Positions 1 to 9,982 of a DNA stretch of 64,000 nucleotides are shown in pieces. The notes under the pieces were generated by a model that saw nothing but the letters and a program-made list of their open reading frames with translations, made no database searches and was not told where the DNA came from. The stretch's first letter is position 1. Each line of letters opens with the position of its first letter. The translations under genes and the position numbers were made by a program. The stretch is from an uncultured Verrucomicrobiae bacterium (GTDB lineage: Bacteria > Verrucomicrobiota > Verrucomicrobiia > Limisphaerales > Palsa-1400), in contig CAVXRD010000001.1 of NCBI GenBank assembly GCA_963764165.1, positions 1,280,001-1,344,000 of the forward strand, read 5' to 3'.

Positions 1-2
1 CT

Positions 3-3000
3 GAAGCGTGGTGTTTTGGGAACAGCGCCGCGGGCCCCGGCCAGCCGCCGACTGGCGGGACGGCCTATATTTCGCTCATTCCTCACAGCGGCGCAAACGA
101 CTTTCGGGGTGCCTTCAATTTGACCGGCGGAGACGAGGTGGATGTGATTTCTCCCAACAGCCCGATGCCGCTCAATGTAGAGGAATATGCGGTTCTCACT
201 TACGACCTCGCCAGCGCAACGGCGCGCCTCTATTTGAATGGCGTCCAATTGGCGAGCGCCGCGATTCCAACAAATCTTTCGCCGGCGAATTATGGCAATA
301 CCTTCAACAATTGGCTTGGCCGTGATGAATTCGGCGGTGACCCGATGTTTGCCGGAAGCATTGACGAATTGCGGATTTGGAGCGGCGCTGTTTCGCCATT
401 GTATATCGCCGTCAGCGCGATGGCTGGTCCAAACGTCCTTGTAACAAACCTTACGCCGAACAGAGTTTCGATTTCCGTGAACTCGACCAACATGGCGGCG
501 TCCCAAAACCAACAGGCTGTCGTTAGCGCCAATTTCTTGCAGGCATCCAATGTGCCAGTGACGGCAAGCGCCACGAATTGGACCAGCAGCAACCCTAACA
601 TTCTGACGGTATCTGGCAACGGCGTGATTACGGCAGTCAGCGTTGGCACTGCGACCATTAGCGCCATGTTGAATGGGATCAAGGGAACCAGCCCGGCCAT
701 TACAGTAGTCCATACCAATCGCGCCGCCGCCATCACCGTTGCCTATTGGCAATTCAATAATTCGGCCAATCTCGGGCTCGACAGCGGCAGCTTCGGCAAC
801 ACGTTGACAGCAGCGAGTGGCTCGCCGGTTTATAGCAGCGCGGGTTTGTTTGGCGGCGCGCTTTATCTGGACGGCGCCAGCACCATGACCACGCTGTCGG
901 GAGCCTTTCCGGCGGCGGTGCCCGTTGGCGCAAACCCCTACACAATCGCGGTCTGGGAGAAGACGGATTCCGGCAATCCCGTCGACGGAGGATTCGTGAG
1001 CTGGGGCAGCGCCAATCAAGGGAACTGCAACGCGCTGCGCCTGAGCGATTCGAGCGACAATCCAGATAGCGTGGATAATTATTGGTGGTCGAACGACTTC
1101 TACGTTGATGGGCTAGCCGACAATCCGGGCGACGGCAATTGGCATTCCATCGTCGCAACTTGGGATGGAACGAATCAAATTCTTTATGTGGATGGCAGCA
1201 ATGTCGGGGCGCGCGCGCCAACGCCTCCGAATGTCCAAGGAACTGCCTTTCTCGTAGGCCAGACAGTTGGGGATAACAACCAATTCAAAGGCTGGATTGA
1301 GGATTTGCTCATCGCCAGCGCGGCGCTCGCGCCTGCGGACATTGCTATTTATCAAACTGGCAGTTGGTTATCTACCTCCCCCGCCATGCCACAACTGCCC
1401 ACTGCCTCACCAAGCAATTCCGTCTTTGCCGGAACAACCGTGACCCTCGGAGCATCTGTCGCCGGAGCCGCTCCGTTTCAATATCAATGGCAGAAGAACG
1501 GCACTAACATCTCCGCTGCAACAGCCGCGGCCTTGGTATTGTCGAATACGGCGGCAAGCGACTCGGGAACCTATGACATGATCGCAGGCAATTACTATGG
1601 CACGAACACCAGCCCGGCCCTCGTATTGACCGTTACTCTATTGACGAACCTAAATCCGCTTTCCGTCAGCGTGGTGGTGACCAATACAACCATGGCAGTT
1701 GGCCAAACTCAACAGGCCGCCGTCACCGAAAACCTTCTACAAGTATCAAACTACCCTGCCACCGCCAGCGCCACCAATTGGACCAGCAGCAAACCTTCCG
1801 TGCTGTCTGTCAGCAGCAATGGATTGATTACAGCGATCGGCGCTGGCAACGCCACGATCAGTGCCACTGTTCACGGAGTCACTGGAACCAGTTCCAGCTT
1901 GATAGTTTCTCCATTGCCACCGCCAATAGCTTATTATCCGTTGGACGGCGATGTGCTCGATTACAGCGGCAACGGCAACAATGGTGTTAACTCCGGCGCC
2001 ACTTTTGTCTCACCGGCGTATATCAGCTCCGAAGCTGCGGCATTCAACGGCAACAGCTACATCCAAATTCCAGAGTCTATTGGAACCACTGGCAACGGCT
2101 TTACGATCTCCATGTGGGTCCAGACCGCTGATACGGCAGGTGGACCGAACTGGTATTCCGGCGAAGGCCTTGTCGATGGCGAAGTAGCCGGCGTCACGAC
2201 CGACTTCGGGACAGCATTGGTGGGTGGCAGTTTTGCATTGGGAATTGGCCAACCGGATACGACGCTGGCTTCCACCAATTTAATCAATGACGGCAACTGG
2301 CATTACCTCGCCGCCACCTGGAATATGACCAATGGAGCTATGAATGTCTATGTGGACGGCGCGTTAGGCGCGTCCGGCATTGGCCCCACCGGCCCACGCG
2401 TTGCGCCTCCAAATCTGCGCATTGGGAGCATCCAGACCGGAGTCGGTGGAGGATTCCTAAACGGAGCCATTGACGATGTGCGGCTTTATAACACGGAATT
2501 CTCCGCCAAGCAGATTGCGGCTTTGCTGGGCTCCTATTCAGCCGCACCGCAGGTTGGCGTTCCGTTTGCCTCGCCTTCCAACACAGTTTACGCCGGAACG
2601 CCGATCTCGCTGAAGGCAAATGTAGTCGGCACGCCACCCTATCAATACCAATGGCAAAAAAACGGCTCCGATATCCCAGCGGCCACTTCGGCCGCCCTAA
2701 CTTTTTCCAATGCCGTCGTGACGAACTCAGGGAGCTATGATGTCGTCGTCGCCAATGCTTCCGGAACTACCATCAGTCCGACGCTGGCCGTAACAATCAG
2801 CCCTGCGAGCAAGCCCATATTTGCCGGGGAGCCAACTCCCGCAAACAGCACGAACTACGTTGGAGGGCTGTTGACGTTGAGTGCGTCCGTCAACGGGACT
2901 CTGCCGATTCAATTGCAGTGGCAGCAAAACGGCGTTAACATTCCCAACGCGGCCGGGAACACGCTCACGCTTGTCTCTTTGCAAACGAACGCAGCGGGAA

Positions 3001-6000
3001 CGTATACCTTGGTAGCCTCCAATCCCATTGGCATCGTGACCAGCGCACCCGCAGAAGTCATCGTGCTTCCACAGCCGAACCCCGCCACGCAGAACATGGT
3101 GACTTATCATAACGATAATGCGCGAAGCGGCGCCGACACCAATGAAGTTCTCTTGACACTGGCTAATGTCAATGTTTCCACCTTCGGCCGCCTGCTTCAA
3201 TATGTGACAGATGGATTGGTGATTGCCCAGCCTCTCTACGTTTCCGGCATGGTCATTCCTGGGCTGGGAGCGCACAACGTCGTTTTCGCCGCAACGGAAA
3301 ATAACACCGTTTACGCATTTGACGCGGATAGCAACAGTGGCTCCAATGGTGGGATAATTTGGAAGACGAATCTTGGGCTCGCCGTGTCCAGTTTTGTTGA
3401 CGAATTCGGAAATCGCGGCACGGGGTCATATTATCCCGACATTGACCCAGTCGTTGGAATCACCGGAACGCCCGTCATTGACCTTGCTTCCGGAACACTT
3501 TATGTCGACGTCCACACTCGCGAAATTGGCATCGCGACAAATTATTTTCATCGCATTCACGCTATTAACATCACCAACGGCACAGAACGCTCTTACAGTC
3601 CAGCCGCCGTCACAAATTCGGTGACCGGCGTCGGCATAGACAGCAGCAACGGCATCGTGCGATTTAATGCCAAACAACACTTGCAGCGCCCCGGATTGAT
3701 GCTGGCCGGTGGCAATCTATACGTCGCCTTCGGAAGCTACGCGGATACCGACCCCTACCATGGCTGGGTGGTGGGGTTCAATGCCAGCAATCTCCAATCA
3801 TCGGCAAACAATGTTTTCTGCACCACGCCCAATGCCTCGACCGCAGTCTTCGGCATCAACGCCGCCGAGGGCGGGCTTTGGATGGGCGGGGACGGGCCTT
3901 GCGCGGATTCCAGCAACAATCTGTATTTTGTAACGGGCAACGGCAGTTTCAGCGCGAGCACGAATGGAGGCGACTACGGAGATAGCTTCGTCAAGCTATC
4001 CACCACTTCCAACAGCATGGCCATCGCAGACTACTTCACTCCCTACAATCAGGCGGCCATGGCCGCAAATGACACGGACCTGGGTTCCGGCGGAGCAATC
4101 CTATTGCCGGATTCTGTCGGCAGCGCCACCCATCCGCACCTTATGATTGGTTGCGGTAAGGATGGCACACTGCGGCTGGTCGATCGCGATAACATGGGGC
4201 ATTTCAATCCGGCAAATGATAACCAAGTTGTGCAGGAGGTTCCCGGGGCCATCGCGGGTTCATGGAGCACGCCTGCTTACTTCAACAACCAAATTTACTT
4301 TCAAGGCAACAGCGATGTGATGAGAGCCTTCTTCATTAGCAATGCAGTCATCACTCCCACGCCTGTATCAAAATCCATGGTTACCTTCGGAGGTTTTGCC
4401 TCTGGCGGCACACCCTGCATTTCAGCCAATGGAACAAACAACGCCATCGTTTGGGCTCTCCAATCCGATGGCTCCGGCACGGGAGGAGCGGCAATCCTGC
4501 ATGCCTTTAATGCCACCAACCTGGCGCAGGAGCTTTATAATAGCGGCCAGAACTTCCCGCGCGACAATCCTGGTTCCGCCATCATCATGACCACGCCAAC
4601 AGTCGTGAATGGAAAGGTGATTGTCGGCACTCAGTATGCGCTGTCGGTTTATGGAAATAGCGTTTTCGTGGCCACTCCGATGATTTCGCCAGCCGGCGGA
4701 CTTTTCACCAATTCCACGCTCGTCACGCTGTCGGATGCGACGCCAAACGCTTCCATTTATTACACGCTTGATGGAACGCCGCCGACCACCAATTCCCGAG
4801 CCTACACCGGCCCCTTCAACTTAACCGTCAGCGCCAACGTGCAAGCCATGGCCGTCATCCCGGGAGCGGTCAATAGCGGAGTGGCCAGCGCCAGTTTCAT
4901 CAACAATGCGGCCACTGGCAATGGAATTGGTTTATTAGGTCAATACTTTGGCAACCATACAAGCGCGAATCCGTTCAGCGGCACACCGGCCTTGGTGGAG
5001 ACGAATTCGACCATCAATTTTAATTGGGGCATGACCGGGCCAAATCCAGCAGTGGGCGCCACGAATTTCACTGTGCGCTGGACCGGTTCGTTGGAACCGC
5101 AGTATTCCGAGCTTTATACGTTCACAACCACGGCGGACGACGGCGTGCGGCTCTATGTCAATGGTCAATTGCTTATCAATGATTGGTTTGACAAGACCAG
5201 CGCAACGACGAACAGTGCCAGCATGGAGATGACCGCACAGCAATATTACAATTTGGAATTGGATTACTACCAAAAGACCAATAACGCCTCTGTTTCGCTT
5301 TCGTGGAGCAGTCCCTCCACTCCAATAGCCATCATACCTGAGACGCAATTATTTCCCTTCAGCAATCCGCCGCCGGCTGTCGTGGTGACATCTCCGGCCA
5401 ACGGCGCGACCAACTTTACCGCCACCGCCAGCGTGACCGTCAGCGCCGAGGCCGATGCGACCTATAATCCCATCACCAATGTAAGTTTCTATGCGAATGG
5501 CAATTTGTTGGGAAGCTCCGCCAACCTTCCTTATACCATCACCGCAACGGGAATGCCTGCCGGGAATTACGTTTTAGCCGCCGTTGCGACGGATGGCAGT
5601 GGTGCAAGCTCCACTTCCGCGCCGGTCACCATCACGGTGAGCGCGGGCAGCGGACTTCCTTACGGGTTGACCAGCAACGCGAAGGTGAATGCGTTCCTCA
5701 ACATGCCTTCCGCGAACAATGGGTTGGTGCCTGCTTTGCTTTCGGAAACCGGCGTCTTTAGCAACACCGCCGGCCGTGCTCCGGCCGCCGGACTGATTCC
5801 CTACGCGCCGAATGCGCCACAGTGGAAGGACAATGCGACAAGCAGTTGGCTGATGGCCGTGCCGAACAATGGCGGAGTGATCACCCCAGCGGAACAGATT
5901 CAATTTCAAGCTACCAATCCATGGACATTTCCCTCCGGCAGCGTTTTTGTGAAGAATTTTGACCTCCTCGTCAACGAAACCAACTCCACCGTGCGCCGCC

Positions 6001-7178
6001 TGGAAACTGAGATACTGGTGCGCGACAACAACGGTTCCGTTTATGGCGTGAACTATAAGTGGCGGCCTGATAACAGTGACGCGGATTTGCTTTCGGCTAG
6101 CCTGTCGGAAAACATTTTGATCACAAATGCGGCGGGCGTGCGAACGCAAAATTGGTATTACGCAAGCTCTTCGGATTGCATGGAGTGCCACAACTCTCCC
6201 GTCGCTGGAAGCTTGACCGGCATTAACGTTTTAGGAATTAGCACGCGCCAGTTAAACGGCAGCATGACCTATCCCGCCACAGGCGTCACCGACAATCAAT
6301 TGCGCACGCTGAACAGACTTGGGCTATTCAACCCCGCGATCAACGAGTCAGCCATTGCGAGCTATACGAATCTTTCGGCGATAACGAATTTGGCCGCATC
6401 CGCTGAGCAGCGAGTGCGCTCCTATCTGGACGCCAATTGCGCCGAGTGCCATCAACCCGGCGGACAAGGCATCACCTGGGATGCGCGTTACAACACGCCG
6501 CTGGCCCAGCAGAACATCACGAATTATCCCGCCGCCTTCCCGCTCGGCATCTCGGATGGGGCGTGCGTCGTGAAGGACAAGGATATATGGCGATCCGTGC
6601 TTGTGTCGCGAATCGACACGACCAATCAAGATATTCAGATGCCGGATTTCCGCAACCTGATCGATACTAACGCCGTCGCGTTGATCACCGAGTGGATTAA
6701 CAGCCTGCCTGGCATTCCGGCGCTGGCGCCTCCCGCCATCACGCCAGACGGCGGAAGTTTCGTATCTTCGGTGGCCGTCGCGCTGACTCCGCCCGATAAC
6801 AACGCCATCATTTATTATACATTGGACGGATCTCTGCCCACGACGAATTCGCTGCGCTACACCGGACCCTTCGAATTGTTTAGCGACACCACCCTGTCCG
6901 CGAGCGCCTTTGAGGCCAATTACAACACCGGCGCGGCAAACAGCGCATTATTCCTTGTCCAGCCGCTTTATTTCGCGGGTTTGAGCTTTCTCAGCAACGG
7001 GGAGGTTCAGCTTGGGGTGATTGGCGCGGCAGGGAGCAATTATGTATTGCAGTCTTCCACGAACCTTATCGACTGGGCCACTGTGGGAACCAATACCGCG
7101 CAGTCCAACTCCTTTTACATGGTAGCCCCCGTGACCACCAACTTCCCTGCGCACTTTTACCGCGTCATCCAACAATGA
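3..7178 (+). CDS. Giant secreted multidomain protein, 5'-partial: LamG x3, Big_2/Ig repeats, PQQ-type beta-propeller, chitobiase/Fn3-associated x2, PA14, diheme c-type cytochrome domain, C-terminal FYR module
   Basis: The frame is open from position 3, so the gene starts upstream of the window. Motifs: LamG (GSIDELRIW, GAIDDVRLYN); Ig (YQWQKNG); propeller (TYHNDNARSG...AQPLYV...TENNTVYAFDAD); IYYTLDG twice; PA14 (FTVRWTG...ADDGVRLYVNG); CMECH at 6177 and CAECH at 6438; C-terminus LQSSTNLIDW...FYRVIQQ. Confidence 0.9.
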   Translation, partial: EAWCFGNSAAGPGQPPTGGTAYISLIPHSGANDFRGAFNLTGGDEVDVISPNSPMPLNVEEYAVLTYDLASATARLYLNGVQLASAAIPTNLSPANYGNTFNNWLGRDEFGGDPMFAGSIDELRIWSGAVSPLYIAVSAMAGPNVLVTNLTPNRVSISVNSTNMAASQNQQAVVSANFLQASNVPVTASATNWTSSNPNILTVSGNGVITAVSVGTATISAMLNGIKGTSPAITVVHTNRAAAITVAYWQFNNSANLGLDSGSFGNTLTAASGSPVYSSAGLFGGALYLDGASTMTTLSGAFPAAVPVGANPYTIAVWEKTDSGNPVDGGFVSWGSANQGNCNALRLSDSSDNPDSVDNYWWSNDFYVDGLADNPGDGNWHSIVATWDGTNQILYVDGSNVGARAPTPPNVQGTAFLVGQTVGDNNQFKGWIEDLLIASAALAPADIAIYQTGSWLSTSPAMPQLPTASPSNSVFAGTTVTLGASVAGAAPFQYQWQKNGTNISAATAAALVLSNTAASDSGTYDMIAGNYYGTNTSPALVLTVTLLTNLNPLSVSVVVTNTTMAVGQTQQAAVTENLLQVSNYPATASATNWTSSKPSVLSVSSNGLITAIGAGNATISATVHGVTGTSSSLIVSPLPPPIAYYPLDGDVLDYSGNGNNGVNSGATFVSPAYISSEAAAFNGNSYIQIPESIGTTGNGFTISMWVQTADTAGGPNWYSGEGLVDGEVAGVTTDFGTALVGGSFALGIGQPDTTLASTNLINDGNWHYLAATWNMTNGAMNVYVDGALGASGIGPTGPRVAPPNLRIGSIQTGVGGGFLNGAIDDVRLYNTEFSAKQIAALLGSYSAAPQVGVPFASPSNTVYAGTPISLKANVVGTPPYQYQWQKNGSDIPAATSAALTFSNAVVTNSGSYDVVVANASGTTISPTLAVTISPASKPIFAGEPTPANSTNYVGGLLTLSASVNGTLPIQLQWQQNGVNIPNAAGNTLTLVSLQTNAAGTYTLVASNPIGIVTSAPAEVIVLPQPNPATQNMVTYHNDNARSGADTNEVLLTLANVNVSTFGRLLQYVTDGLVIAQPLYVSGMVIPGLGAHNVVFAATENNTVYAFDADSNSGSNGGIIWKTNLGLAVSSFVDEFGNRGTGSYYPDIDPVVGITGTPVIDLASGTLYVDVHTREIGIATNYFHRIHAINITNGTERSYSPAAVTNSVTGVGIDSSNGIVRFNAKQHLQRPGLMLAGGNLYVAFGSYADTDPYHGWVVGFNASNLQSSANNVFCTTPNASTAVFGINAAEGGLWMGGDGPCADSSNNLYFVTGNGSFSASTNGGDYGDSFVKLSTTSNSMAIADYFTPYNQAAMAANDTDLGSGGAILLPDSVGSATHPHLMIGCGKDGTLRLVDRDNMGHFNPANDNQVVQEVPGAIAGSWSTPAYFNNQIYFQGNSDVMRAFFISNAVITPTPVSKSMVTFGGFASGGTPCISANGTNNAIVWALQSDGSGTGGAAILHAFNATNLAQELYNSGQNFPRDNPGSAIIMTTPTVVNGKVIVGTQYALSVYGNSVFVATPMISPAGGLFTNSTLVTLSDATPNASIYYTLDGTPPTTNSRAYTGPFNLTVSANVQAMAVIPGAVNSGVASASFINNAATGNGIGLLGQYFGNHTSANPFSGTPALVETNSTINFNWGMTGPNPAVGATNFTVRWTGSLEPQYSELYTFTTTADDGVRLYVNGQLLINDWFDKTSATTNSASMEMTAQQYYNLELDYYQKTNNASVSLSWSSPSTPIAIIPETQLFPFSNPPPAVVVTSPANGATNFTATASVTVSAEADATYNPITNVSFYANGNLLGSSANLPYTITATGMPAGNYVLAAVATDGSGASSTSAPVTITVSAGSGLPYGLTSNAKVNAFLNMPSANNGLVPALLSETGVFSNTAGRAPAAGLIPYAPNAPQWKDNATSSWLMAVPNNGGVITPAEQIQFQATNPWTFPSGSVFVKNFDLLVNETNSTVRRLETEILVRDNNGSVYGVNYKWRPDNSDADLLSASLSENILITNAAGVRTQNWYYASSSDCMECHNSPVAGSLTGINVLGISTRQLNGSMTYPATGVTDNQLRTLNRLGLFNPAINESAIASYTNLSAITNLAASAEQRVRSYLDANCAECHQPGGQGITWDARYNTPLAQQNITNYPAAFPLGISDGACVVKDKDIWRSVLVSRIDTTNQDIQMPDFRNLIDTNAVALITEWINSLPGIPALAPPAITPDGGSFVSSVAVALTPPDNNAIIYYTLDGSLPTTNSLRYTGPFELFSDTTLSASAFEANYNTGAANSALFLVQPLYFAGLSFLSNGEVQLGVIGAAGSNYVLQSSTNLIDWATVGTNTAQSNSFYMVAPVTTNFPAHFYRVIQQ

Positions 7179-7711
7179 AGCCCGGCCTTCGATTTTTCAA
7201 GGCCGCGCCCGCAGCCGCCCTGCTCTGGTGCGCGGCGTTTGGCGCAAGCGCCCAGACCAATGCGCCCTCCCGTGAAAACAGCCAGACAGCCGAAATACGC
7301 TCTGAAAAAATCAGGGCGGATTGCATCCAAAGCCGCCGCCTGATCTGCGGCAAGATACTTAAAGTGCTGCCAGAGGGCTTGGTTGTTGAAAGCGGCTACA
7401 CTGACCTTCAGCGTCCGACCTTGGGCTCGTCATGGCTTGTGCCCGGAAGCGTCAGCACCCGCCGGTCACCCGATCTGGTCGAAAGCGCGGTGCCGGGTTC
7501 GCCATGCATTGGAACTGTATTGCTGACCGATCTGCCTCGCCTTAAGAGGGGCTCGCCCCGGCCAAAGCCGTTCGATTATGTTGTGTTGCTGGGTTATCCG
7601 TCCGGGCAGCGCACATATAATTCCGTTGGCAGCGTTCAAAAAACTGTCCGCTCTTTTTCCGCGACGCTGGCCAAGGCTGTCGCCGTTAATTTCCAAACCG
7701 CCACCAACTAA
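7175..7711 (+). CDS. Hypothetical exported protein
   Basis: 178-aa ORF with a signal-peptide-like N-terminus (AAALLWCAAFGASA) and an ATGA overlap with the upstream stop. Confidence 0.7.
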   Translation: MKPGLRFFKAAPAAALLWCAAFGASAQTNAPSRENSQTAEIRSEKIRADCIQSRRLICGKILKVLPEGLVVESGYTDLQRPTLGSSWLVPGSVSTRRSPDLVESAVPGSPCIGTVLLTDLPRLKRGSPRPKPFDYVVLLGYPSGQRTYNSVGSVQKTVRSFSATLAKAVAVNFQTATN

Positions 7712-9789
7712 AAGTTAATGGCAACAGGGGCGCCGGCCGGTTTTTGCCCCGGAATTGGATCGGAAGAGGCCGATTCCGTTTCGACTACCGTGGCCAGTAT
7801 CTGGCCGAAGCCGTTCGAGTAGGTGAACTGCGATGCTGAAGTCCAGTCCAGCCCAAGCGAATTTGCCAGCGCAGTGGCCACTTGGCGGATCGTCGAGCCG
7901 GAGCCCGTCACCTGCATGATATAATTGCTGCATGAAATGAAACTGCTGGTTTCATTGACATAACAGACATCATCCACAAAGCCCGGCATGTTGACCACGA
8001 TGAGCCGCGGCGTATATCCTTGGTTGGTCAGAACGGTGCTGGCCAGGATCATGTAGTCGTAGGGCATGACAGCGCGGTAGAATTGAAAATTCCCTCCATT
8101 GCTGAAGGAAATCGGCACCTGTTGGTAAGCGGGCGCATAAGCCAGGCTCAGCAAGTTTGGGGTTTGCGACGATTGATTGCTCTGCGTCTCGTCGCTGGCG
8201 TTTGTCAGCGTGATATTGGTAATCGTCTCCCAACTCGTAACCGAAGTGAGATTGGTGGTTCCTTGGATCATGAAGGTTGCCCCCGCCGTGGCGGCCAGAT
8301 TGAGGTTTGGCATTCCCTGGGACAGCGTCATATTGAGAAACGGCGGAATGCCCCACACATTGGTGGCTGGAGTCGAAGTTCCAGCCAGGTTAGTATTGCT
8401 GCCGCTGTTGTGGGAAACTAGCGAGGTTGCGTTTTTCGTCGAACCGCCAAGTGATGATGGACTTGGCGGGCCGCCATGAACATCGGCAGCGCCCGGGGGT
8501 GCGGCCGCAGTTACAAATCCGAAGACGTTTCCCACCGCCGCGCCGTTTGCATTGGAAGCCACCACCGCATAGAAATACTGTGTGCCCGGACTCAATCCAG
8601 TCAAGTTGTTGCTGATATAGTATCCGCCTAGTTCCGATGGCAGCGCTGCCGCGAGGTTCGTGATGCCCAAGCTAACTGTCGTTCCCCAGGCAAAGCTAAC
8701 CGTGGTGGCCGCGTTTTTGGGATAAACCAGGCCGTTGAGAGTCGCGGAGGTGCTCGTCACGTTGCTTGCAAAGAGCGTCCCAACCACGGGCGCGGTCGTC
8801 GTTATGAAACCGAATATGTTTCCCACCACCACCCCATTTGCATTGGAAGCCACCACCGCATAGAAATACTGTGTGCCTGGATTCAATCCGGTCAAGGTGT
8901 TGCTTACATAGTATCCGCCTAGTTCCGATGGCAGTGTGGCCGCGAGGTTCGTGCTCCCCAAGTTAACGGTCGTACCCCAGGCAAAGCTAACCGTGGTGGC
9001 CGCGTTTTTGGGATAAACCAGGCCGTTGAGAGTCGCGGAGGCGCCCGTCACGTTGCTCGCAAACAGCGTCCCGACCACAGGCGCGATCGTCGTTGTGAAA
9101 TTGGATATGTTTCCTACCGCCACCCCATTTGCATTGGAAGCCACCACCGCATAGAAATACTCTGTGCCCTGACTCAATCCGGTCAATCTGTTGCTTACAT
9201 TGTATCCGACGAGTCCCGATGGCAGCGTCGCCGCAAGGTTCGTGTTCCCGAAGCTATCGTTCGTTCCCCAGGCAAAGCTAACCGTGGTCGCCGCGGTCTG
9301 CGGATAAACCAGGCTGTTGAGAGTCGCGGAGGTGGGCATTATGTTGCTTGCAAACAGCGTGGAGGCGACTGGCGGAATCGCTGTCGTGGAACCGGAGACG
9401 GCTCCCCCGACACCATTTGAATTAGAACCCGCGGCTCCATTTGAATTAGATCCGGCGACACCGTTTGCGTACGATCCCGCCACGCCATTGGTGCAGCGAA
9501 CTTCGCTGCAAAACCCACTGACGGCTCCGGATTGCACAACAGCCTGAACCGCAATAAAATACACTTGATTTGTCACCAAACCGGTGAGCGTGGCGTTGGT
9601 TTGGCTGCTTGGATACGTGTTGGTAAAAGCATAAACGCCGCTGCCAGTCCCCCAACATACATTATAGGCCGTCACACCCGGCGTCAGCGACGGGCTCCAC
9701 GACAAAGTGATCTGTCCGAAACACGAACAGCACTGGCCGCTCATCCACAAGAGGGCCGTCAAAATTAATCTGGCGATTAGTGGCCTCAT
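7708..9789 (-). CDS. Secreted Fn3-domain protein with three internal Fn3-like repeats, FYR module and a conserved C-terminal domain
   Basis: Signal peptide MRPLIARLILTALLW; Fn3 motif (LSWSPS...YNVCWG...TGL...YFIAV); three 97-aa repeats; paralogue of the adjacent ORF. Confidence 0.85.
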   Translation of the reverse strand: MRPLIARLILTALLWMSGQCCSCFGQITLSWSPSLTPGVTAYNVCWGTGSGVYAFTNTYPSSQTNATLTGLVTNQVYFIAVQAVVQSGAVSGFCSEVRCTNGVAGSYANGVAGSNSNGAAGSNSNGVGGAVSGSTTAIPPVASTLFASNIMPTSATLNSLVYPQTAATTVSFAWGTNDSFGNTNLAATLPSGLVGYNVSNRLTGLSQGTEYFYAVVASNANGVAVGNISNFTTTIAPVVGTLFASNVTGASATLNGLVYPKNAATTVSFAWGTTVNLGSTNLAATLPSELGGYYVSNTLTGLNPGTQYFYAVVASNANGVVVGNIFGFITTTAPVVGTLFASNVTSTSATLNGLVYPKNAATTVSFAWGTTVSLGITNLAAALPSELGGYYISNNLTGLSPGTQYFYAVVASNANGAAVGNVFGFVTAAAPPGAADVHGGPPSPSSLGGSTKNATSLVSHNSGSNTNLAGTSTPATNVWGIPPFLNMTLSQGMPNLNLAATAGATFMIQGTTNLTSVTSWETITNITLTNASDETQSNQSSQTPNLLSLAYAPAYQQVPISFSNGGNFQFYRAVMPYDYMILASTVLTNQGYTPRLIVVNMPGFVDDVCYVNETSSFISCSNYIMQVTGSGSTIRQVATALANSLGLDWTSASQFTYSNGFGQILATVVETESASSDPIPGQKPAGAPVAINF
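8506..9378 (-). repeat. Three tandem 291-bp intragenic repeats (97-aa Fn3-like units)
   Basis: The anchor caaagctaaccgtggt recurs at 8691, 8982 and 9273, exactly 291 bp apart. Outer boundaries are approximate. Confidence 0.9.
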
Positions 9790-9982
9790 TTCAATCAATC
9801 AAACAATAAGCCTAGCAGGCAATCAAAACAAGAGTCAACAAAAATCAACATAAAATTGCCCAACACGGCATAGAAAAACTGCTTTGCAAATGAAGAATTG
9901 CGCAAAGCGCATTTGAGCATCAGCACAAGCCGCCGGCAGCATGGCGAGCCACAGCCGGCTGAACCACCCACTCGCGACCCCA

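Noticed and set aside
8506..9378. Regular repeats as a possible CRISPR array
   Set aside because: The units are 291 bp, in frame and protein-coding with no unique spacers; no cas genes in the window.
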